From NCBI GenBank assembly GCA_965246885.1, contig OZ251992.1, positions 736,001 to 800,000 on the forward strand: 64,000 bases of DNA. Direction: 5' to 3'. Position 1 is the stretch's first letter. Every line of letters starts with the position of its first letter. This document shows, piece after piece, positions 57,932 to 64,000 of this stretch. Under the pieces are notes generated by a model that had not been told where the DNA came from, made no database searches, and saw only the letters and a list, made by a program, of their open reading frames with translations. The translations under genes were made by a program, and so were the position numbers. The stretch is from Abditibacterium sp. (GTDB taxonomy: Bacteria > Armatimonadota > Abditibacteriia > Abditibacteriales > Abditibacteriaceae).

Positions 57932-59203
57932 CTACTGCTGAAGAGGCGGCGCAGGCGGAGTCGTGGGTAAATCGGCAGGCGCGATGGCCGCCGGGTCAGT
58001 CGGCGCGGCTTGACCGTCGGTCAGTTTCTTGATTTGCTCGCGCGCGAAGTGCGCGACGTTGGTGTTTCCTTTTACGTCGGCGAGTTTGGCGGCGGCCTCG
58101 TACTGCTCGCGGGCGCCGAGGGTATCTCCCGTTGCGCGCAGGGCGTTCGCGTACATGAGTGTCAAGTCGAGGCGCTGATTGTCGTCGTGGACACTATTGA
58201 GGCGCGGCGCCGCCATATCGAGGTATTTCTTCGCCCCCGCCGCATCCGTTGCGCCTTGTAACGACGCGATTAACAACATTGAGCGCGTCGCGTCGTCAGA
58301 TTTACCGCTCGCTTCTTCCAATGGATACAAGCGCATGAGCGCAGCGATGGCATCCACCGGTTTGTTCGCGCGCAAATAAAGCGCGGTCAATCCGTCCATC
58401 ACCCCCACTTGAAGCGAGATTGGAGTTTGCTGCGCGAGTTTGAACGCGCGCTCGTAGAGAGTCGCCGCCTCGTCGGTTTTCCCAGCCGTGCCTAAAATAT
58501 CGGCCTGCCCTTCGAGGCCCAGCACCTGCGCGAGCGGGTTGCCGATGCGCTCGCCAAGGGTTTGCCCGCGCTTGAACGATTCGAGCGCTTTCTCCGGCTG
58601 CTTGAGTTCCAAATACAAAATCGCCACATCCTGACTGGCGAGTGCCTCGCCCGATGCGTCGTTCATGCCAGAGGCCGTTTCCGCCGCTTTGCGCGCCAAA
58701 TCGAGCGCTTTGGTCAATTGTCCGGCGGCGCGCGCCGCGCGGCTTTGGTCAATCAACTTGCTGGAATAGGGGTTCGACTCCAGCGTGCCGACGGTGGTGA
58801 GGTCGCCGTATCCTTGGAGCAGAATGACCTCGCGGACAATAACCGTGCCGTCCGGCCCGTTTTTGCCGATGACGGCGATGGTGGACTTGAGCTTGACATC
58901 CTTGAGCGCCACTTTTTGGGTTTTGCCGATGGGATGAATGACGGCGCCCAGCGCGAGTTGGACAGTCTTGTTTTTCACTTCGTCAAACTCGGTCGAAACG
59001 CCGCGCGGCGACGTCCACGAGATGGCGTCGAGTTGCCACGTTCCGGCGCCTAAAATGGCGGTGATTTTGCCGTCCAAACGCAGTTCGCCCGCGTTGATTT
59101 TTTCCAAAGAGGACGGCTTGGTGGACGCTTGGGGCTTGGCATCGGCGGCAAGCGCCAAAGGCGCGGCGCCGAGCAGCAAGAGAGGAAGCAGGATTTTTTG
59201 CAT
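57932..59203 (-). CDS. Secreted tetratricopeptide-repeat protein with N-terminal OB-like domain
   Basis: Signal peptide ending ALA; beta-rich N-domain; TPR-like helical repeats. Confidence 0.7.
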   Translation of the reverse strand: MQKILLPLLLLGAAPLALAADAKPQASTKPSSLEKINAGELRLDGKITAILGAGTWQLDAISWTSPRGVSTEFDEVKNKTVQLALGAVIHPIGKTQKVALKDVKLKSTIAVIGKNGPDGTVIVREVILLQGYGDLTTVGTLESNPYSSKLIDQSRAARAAGQLTKALDLARKAAETASGMNDASGEALASQDVAILYLELKQPEKALESFKRGQTLGERIGNPLAQVLGLEGQADILGTAGKTDEAATLYERAFKLAQQTPISLQVGVMDGLTALYLRANKPVDAIAALMRLYPLEEASGKSDDATRSMLLIASLQGATDAAGAKKYLDMAAPRLNSVHDDNQRLDLTLMYANALRATGDTLGAREQYEAAAKLADVKGNTNVAHFAREQIKKLTDGQAAPTDPAAIAPADLPTTPPAPPLQQ

Positions 59204-59237
59204 CGGGTTAAGGTTCCCACACCCAGTTTAAGAGGCT

Positions 59238-59933
59238 ATGAAAATTGCAAACTACTCCTTCATGACCCCGCTCCATTCGTGGGATTTATCGCCGTCCGAG
59301 GCCGTCGCGCTGCAACGGGAATTGGCGTTGCGCGTGGAGGTAGTGCCCCTTGCCGCGCCGCCGCGCTTCATCGCAGGCGCGGACTTGTCGTTCGATAAAG
59401 GCTCGGACATCGTGTGGGCGGGCATCGTGGTCTTATCATTTCCCGATTTGGAAGTGGTCGAGGAGCGCGGCTTGCAAACGAAGGCGCCGTTTCCCTATAT
59501 ACCGGGGCTACTGTCATTTCGGGAAGCGCCTGCTCTGTTACAAGTGTGGGAGTTGCTCGAACATAAGCCGGATGTGCTGGTGTTGGACGGGCAGGGGTTA
59601 GCGCATCCGCGCCGCTTTGGACTTGCGTGTCACCTCGGTTTGTGGCTTCAAACGCCGACGTATGGCAGTGCGAAGACGCTCTTTGTTGGGGAGTTCGAGG
59701 CGTTGGGCGAAGAGCGCGGCGCGGTCGCCGACTTGGTGCATCGCGGCGAAGTGGTCGGCGCGGCGGTGCGCACCAAGAGCAAAACCACCCCAGTTTACGT
59801 GTCGGTGGGACATAAACTCACGCTCTCTGATGCCGTCGGGCTGACGCTCGCCTGCGATGGCGGATACCGCGTGCCCGAACCGACGCGGCGCGCGCATTTG
59901 TTCGTGAATCGGTTGCGACGCGGGGAGAGTTAG
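59238..59933 (+). CDS. nfi: Endonuclease V
   Basis: IAGAD, FPYIPGLLSFRE, DGQGLAHPRRFGLACH, PEPTR.AH. Confidence 0.95.
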   Translation: MKIANYSFMTPLHSWDLSPSEAVALQRELALRVEVVPLAAPPRFIAGADLSFDKGSDIVWAGIVVLSFPDLEVVEERGLQTKAPFPYIPGLLSFREAPALLQVWELLEHKPDVLVLDGQGLAHPRRFGLACHLGLWLQTPTYGSAKTLFVGEFEALGEERGAVADLVHRGEVVGAAVRTKSKTTPVYVSVGHKLTLSDAVGLTLACDGGYRVPEPTRRAHLFVNRLRRGES

Positions 59934-60817
59934 CGCCGCAGTTTGCTTAGGCCGTACTTGGCGAGCGATCTGAGCGTGTAGACGGGCGCCATTTTGAAGG
60001 AAAGCAGCAAGAACTTACGCGCCTGCGCCGTTTGGCCGTCTTTAAAGTGGACGCGGCTGCGGTCGTAGGCCTTGGCTCCCCACGCGTTACGGGTGGGCTT
60101 GAAGTTACTGATGGCGGCGCGCTCCGCTTGTCGGTTTCCTTCGATGCGAGCTATGCGGATGTGGTTCTTCAAAATCATGAATTGCTCTTCAACCGAAGCG
60201 GCGACATTGCTGGAAATGTTGAAACTATGCACCCGGTATCCGGCCAACGGCTTGGGCACGAACCCGATGTCGTGATGCATGGCGATCTTGAGCCACATAT
60301 CGTAATCTTGGTTGAGGCGCGCCAGAGGATCCATTAAACCGGATTCGGCCAGACATGTCCGGCGAATCACCACTGTCGAAGCGCAGATGAGGTTCGAGGC
60401 CAAAAGTCCGACGTAGTTCTTAATGTCACCGCCAAACCCCGGCCCAGTGACAAGGCCATCTTCATCTATCACTTCGTGGGCGGTGTGGCACATGCCAAAC
60501 TCTGGGTGTTGTTCCATGAGTTCCAGTTGCAAGGCCAGTTTTTCGGGATACCACACATCATCGGCATCCAGAAGCGCAATGTACGGCCCGTCCGAAGCGA
60601 GCATGGCCACGTTGCGCGCGACCGACGCGCCCTTGTTGCTTTGCCGGATGAGCCGCACGCGCGAGTCCATCCGCTCAACGCGGCTTAGGTCTTCTTTGGA
60701 GCCGTCATCCACCACGATGCACTCCCAGTCGCGGTGCGTTTGGGCGAGGAGCGACTCGATGGCGAGGTCTATGTACGGCCCCGGATTGTAAGCGGGCATC
60801 ACGATGCTGAACTTCAT
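59930..60817 (-). CDS. Glycosyltransferase family 2
   Basis: SIVMPAYN, VVDDGS, LLDADD, QDYDMW. Confidence 0.92.
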   Translation of the reverse strand: MKFSIVMPAYNPGPYIDLAIESLLAQTHRDWECIVVDDGSKEDLSRVERMDSRVRLIRQSNKGASVARNVAMLASDGPYIALLDADDVWYPEKLALQLELMEQHPEFGMCHTAHEVIDEDGLVTGPGFGGDIKNYVGLLASNLICASTVVIRRTCLAESGLMDPLARLNQDYDMWLKIAMHHDIGFVPKPLAGYRVHSFNISSNVAASVEEQFMILKNHIRIARIEGNRQAERAAISNFKPTRNAWGAKAYDRSRVHFKDGQTAQARKFLLLSFKMAPVYTLRSLAKYGLSKLRR

Positions 60818-60909
60818 AGCGGCAAACGAACTGCCTTGCAGTTAACACTTTTCCTCCCATAAGGGGCGACACACGAAAGTCGGAAAGGGTAAAATCGCTT
60901 GGGATTTTT

Positions 60910-61551
60910 ATGCTCCAACCCAACGACGACATTGTGTTTTTCGGCGATTCCATCACCGATTGTGGCCGCGACCGCGACGCACCTGCGGGCGCCGAAGCGG
61001 GCTGGGGGAATGGCTACGCCGCCATGCTGTCCGCCCAACTGAGCGCGCGCTCTCCCGAACTTCTGCTGCGCTTTTCCAATAAAGGCGTGTCGGGCGACCG
61101 CGTGTCCGACCTCGAAGCGCGCTTGGAGCGCGACGTGCTCAGCCTGCGTCCCAACCTCGTTTCCATCCTGATTGGCATCAACGACGTGTGGCGCGAGTTC
61201 GATTCCGGCATCCCCTCGCCCATCGAAGAGTTCCGCGCCTCGTATCGGCGCATTTTGGAGCGCATCACGGCGGCAGGGAGCGAGCTAATCTTGATCGATC
61301 CCTTCGTCCTCCGCACGCGCGCCGAGTTCGATGCATGGCGCCCCGTGCTTGACCCGAAGATTGAGGTTGTCCGCGAAATGGCCCACGAGTTCGCCGCCAC
61401 CCATGTCCCGGTGGACGACATTTTCGCCGCCGCCAGTCAAAAGCGCGACGCCGCATTTTGGGCCGAAGACGCCGTGCATCCGACCCTCGCAGGCCATGCC
61501 CTCATCGCGCAAAGCTGGCTTCAAGCCATCGGTCGCGCCGACGACCGATAG
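60910..61551 (+). CDS. SGNH/GDSL hydrolase
   Basis: FFGDSITD, NKGVSG, IGIND, DAVHP. Confidence 0.92.
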   Translation: MLQPNDDIVFFGDSITDCGRDRDAPAGAEAGWGNGYAAMLSAQLSARSPELLLRFSNKGVSGDRVSDLEARLERDVLSLRPNLVSILIGINDVWREFDSGIPSPIEEFRASYRRILERITAAGSELILIDPFVLRTRAEFDAWRPVLDPKIEVVREMAHEFAATHVPVDDIFAAASQKRDAAFWAEDAVHPTLAGHALIAQSWLQAIGRADDR

Positions 61552-61559
61552 GGCCGCGC

Positions 61560-61745
61560 CAACGGTTAATTTATGCGCGCCGACCGTCCACGCGCCTAAT
61601 TCTTCCGCCCACGCGCCTATTCTTCCGCTCACTTGTGTGATTCCGCCGTTGACGCAGCTAACTCTTTCCTTGGCACGCCTAATTCTTCGGAAGAATTACG
61701 TGTATGGACGGAAGAATTAAGCCGTTCATGGAGGTAATCTGGCGG
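61560..61745. repeat. Degenerate 21-bp periodic element (family B)
   Basis: cacgcgcctaattcttccgcc / cacgcgcctattcttccgctc; palindrome taattcttc-g-gaagaatta at 61680-61698. Confidence 0.75.
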
Positions 61746-61769
61746 CGCGTTTACACTGCGCCTTCTCTC

Positions 61770-63359
61770 ATGCCGAAAATTTTAGTGGGCGACCAAATCG
61801 CCGAGAACGGCCTCGCCATCCTGCGCACGGTGGGCGAGGTCGAGGAACGCATTGGCTTATCCGAAGCGGAATTGGTGGCGATTGCGCCCGAATATGATGC
61901 CGTCATGGTGCGGTCGGGCACCAAAATCACGCGGGCCGTCTTGCAAGCGGCGACCAAGCTCCGTATCGTCGGGCGGGCGGGCGTGGGCGTGGACAACATA
62001 GACGTTCCCGCCGCAACCGAAGCCGGGGTCGTGGTGGTGAACAGCCCCGCCGGGAACACGGTCGCGGTCGCGGAACTTGCGCTGGGCATGATGATTTCCC
62101 TCGTGCGCAAGCTCAATCCCGCGCACAACTCGGTCGTGGCGGGGGAGTGGAAACGCGCGAAGTTTCTGGGTTCGGAACTGTATGGCAAGACGCTGGGAAT
62201 TGTGGGCGTCGGGCGCATCGGGGTGGAAGTCACCAAGCGTGCGCAGAGTTTTGGCATGACCGTGCTGGGCTTCGACCCCTTTTTAAGCTCGAACCGAGCG
62301 GCGCAGTTGGGCATAGAAGCCGTGTCGCTGGAGGAAATCTGGCGGCGCTGCGACTTCATCACCCTGCACACGCCGCTCACCAAGGAAACGACGCACATGG
62401 TGGACGCGCAGGTGCTGGCGCAGATGAAGCCGACGGCGATTTTGCTGAACTGCGCGCGCGGCGGCATCATAGACGAGGCGGCGCTTTATGAAGCCTTGAA
62501 AAGCGGCAAACTGGGTGGCGCGGGTTTGGATGTTTATGAGCAGGAGCCGCCCAAAACCTCGCCGCTTCTGGCGCTCGATAACGTAATCCTCACGCCCCAT
62601 CTGGGGGCCTCGACCGAAGAAGCGCAGGTTGAGGTGGCGCTGGATGTGGCGCGGCAGATAGTGGACGTGCTCGAAGGGCGCCCGCCCTCAAGCGCCGTCA
62701 ACTTGCCGCCGCTCCCGCCCGAAACGCGGGAACTCATCGCGCCGTTTTTGGGGCTGATGGAGAAACTGGGCCGCATCCAAGCGCAAATTGCACCGGGGCG
62801 CATCGAAAAAATAGAACTCGTCTACTCCGGTGAGTTGGCGCAAAACGACACGAGGGCGCTGACGCGTGTCTTTTTGAAGGGGTTGCTCCAAGGGCAGGTC
62901 GAGAACGTCTCCTATGTGAACGCGCCCACTTTGGCGGCGGCGCGCGGCGTGGAAGTGGTGGAAACCAAGCGCGGAGCGATTGGGGATTACGCGAACTTGG
63001 TGGCGACCTGCTCGACCCGTAACGATAACGGCCACATCCGTACGCGCGGGGTGGACGGCACGGTCTTCAACGGGCGCGAGCCGCACATCGTTTCCATCCA
63101 AGACCTGCGCGTGGACATCATCCCGGATGGCACCATCCTGCTGATTCCCAACCACGACCGCCCCGGTATGATCGGCCACGTCGGAACGATTCTGGGCAAG
63201 CATGGCGTTAACATCGCGGGCATGCAAGTGGGCCGCCGCGCCGTCGGCGAGCGCGCGGTGATGATCATCAACTTGGAAGAACCCGTCTCGGACGCAGTGA
63301 TTGCCGAGTTGGACGCCGTGCCCGACCTGTTCGGCGCGCGCCTCATTGACTTGCGGTAG
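61770..63359 (+). CDS. serA: D-3-phosphoglycerate dehydrogenase (with ASB and ACT domains)
   Basis: GRAGVGVDNID, GVGRIG, NCARGG, TPHLGAST.EAQ, HDRPGMIG. Confidence 0.96.
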   Translation: MPKILVGDQIAENGLAILRTVGEVEERIGLSEAELVAIAPEYDAVMVRSGTKITRAVLQAATKLRIVGRAGVGVDNIDVPAATEAGVVVVNSPAGNTVAVAELALGMMISLVRKLNPAHNSVVAGEWKRAKFLGSELYGKTLGIVGVGRIGVEVTKRAQSFGMTVLGFDPFLSSNRAAQLGIEAVSLEEIWRRCDFITLHTPLTKETTHMVDAQVLAQMKPTAILLNCARGGIIDEAALYEALKSGKLGGAGLDVYEQEPPKTSPLLALDNVILTPHLGASTEEAQVEVALDVARQIVDVLEGRPPSSAVNLPPLPPETRELIAPFLGLMEKLGRIQAQIAPGRIEKIELVYSGELAQNDTRALTRVFLKGLLQGQVENVSYVNAPTLAAARGVEVVETKRGAIGDYANLVATCSTRNDNGHIRTRGVDGTVFNGREPHIVSIQDLRVDIIPDGTILLIPNHDRPGMIGHVGTILGKHGVNIAGMQVGRRAVGERAVMIINLEEPVSDAVIAELDAVPDLFGARLIDLR

Positions 63360-63364
63360 CAAGT

Positions 63365-63898
63365 CTACTGTGGAAGCGGAGCGGTGGACACAGCAAAGTC
63401 AAAGCTCCCCGCCGCATCCCACGAGCCGCCGCGATAGCGCCACAAGTTCAAGCCGAGCGCGGTGCCGTTCATCGGTTGCCAAGCCGCGTCGAGTTCGTGG
63501 AACAGGGCGCGCGCGGCGTCGGGCGCCACTTTGTTTTGAACCGTGACGTGCGGACGGCGGTAGGGCGCGGCGTCTTGAGGGGTTAAAAACGGGCGCCATC
63601 GGTCAGCGAGAAACTCGCGTAGCCGAACGAGCGATGGCGAGGGCGCGTCAACTGCGACGCCTCCGCCAAGCAAGAAGACGCCCGGAAAGGCGACGGGAAA
63701 CCGAGCCGTCAAGCGCGCGACGCGTTCCAATTCGGCGCGGATTTCCGTCTCGCGCGCGGCGGGCAGGGCGTGAAAGAGAGTGATGTGCGCGCCGACTTTG
63801 AGGCGTTCGGGCGGAAAGTGGCGGGTGCGGAGCGCGTCCAAGGCGGCGAACGAGTCGGCGTCAAGGGCGAGCGAGACGATGAAGGGGGCGGAATCCAT
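63365..63898 (-). CDS. 2H phosphoesterase / 2'-5' RNA ligase family protein
   Basis: Two HxT motifs: AHITL and PHVTV. Confidence 0.85.
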   Translation of the reverse strand: MDSAPFIVSLALDADSFAALDALRTRHFPPERLKVGAHITLFHALPAARETEIRAELERVARLTARFPVAFPGVFLLGGGVAVDAPSPSLVRLREFLADRWRPFLTPQDAAPYRRPHVTVQNKVAPDAARALFHELDAAWQPMNGTALGLNLWRYRGGSWDAAGSFDFAVSTAPLPQ

Positions 63899-63959
63899 AC
63901 GGGCAGATTTGCCCAAATGCCGTGCCTCATCCGTGCGCAAAGGTGCCACACTTCCTCTT

Positions 63960-64000
63960 ATGTTCACCGGATTAGTCGAGCGATTGGGCCGCGTGGCGCG
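63960..64000 (+). CDS. ribE: Riboflavin synthase, N-terminal fragment (truncated by the window end)
   Basis: Begins MFTGLVERLG, the MFTG signature N-terminus. Confidence 0.75.
   Translation, partial: MFTGLVERLGRVA

Noticed and set aside
63899..63959. FMN riboswitch before riboflavin synthase
   Set aside because: The spacer is only about 60 bp and lacks RFN motifs

Overview
GC-rich bacterial chromosome segment. Two DUF1559-type prepilin-like genes and the general gene content suggest Abditibacteriota/Armatimonadota (inference). Core genes include dnaE, smc, ychF, a PPi-type pfk, serA, nfi, mqnA, ppk2, amt, the prkA-yeaH-spoVR operon and a CpxRA-like pair. They are interspersed with secreted carbohydrate-active proteins (GH78, GH26, GH-A clan, deacetylase-PA14) and several decayed genes. 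No rRNA, tRNA, CRISPR array, transposase or integrase was seen. Most notable: (1) a six-gene co-oriented cluster at 13494-17612, built around a Tat-type 90-aa leader fused to an AT-richer 8-cysteine cargo and followed by a TolB-like propeller, a YkuV-like thiol oxidoreductase, a prepilin-like protein and an HPr-kinase-related kinase, which is a candidate undescribed export/modification or polymorphic-effector system; (2) a dispersed set of partly self-complementary 21-bp-periodic elements at about 8 sites, one in-frame inside a grpE-like gene; (3) a non-canonical GrpE/lidless-Hsp70/HPD-less J-like operon; (4) a tandem cassette duplication that carries a copy of the pfk 3' end; (5) apparent window-wide avoidance of RTCGAY, achieved through rare ATA/GTA codons before Asp.
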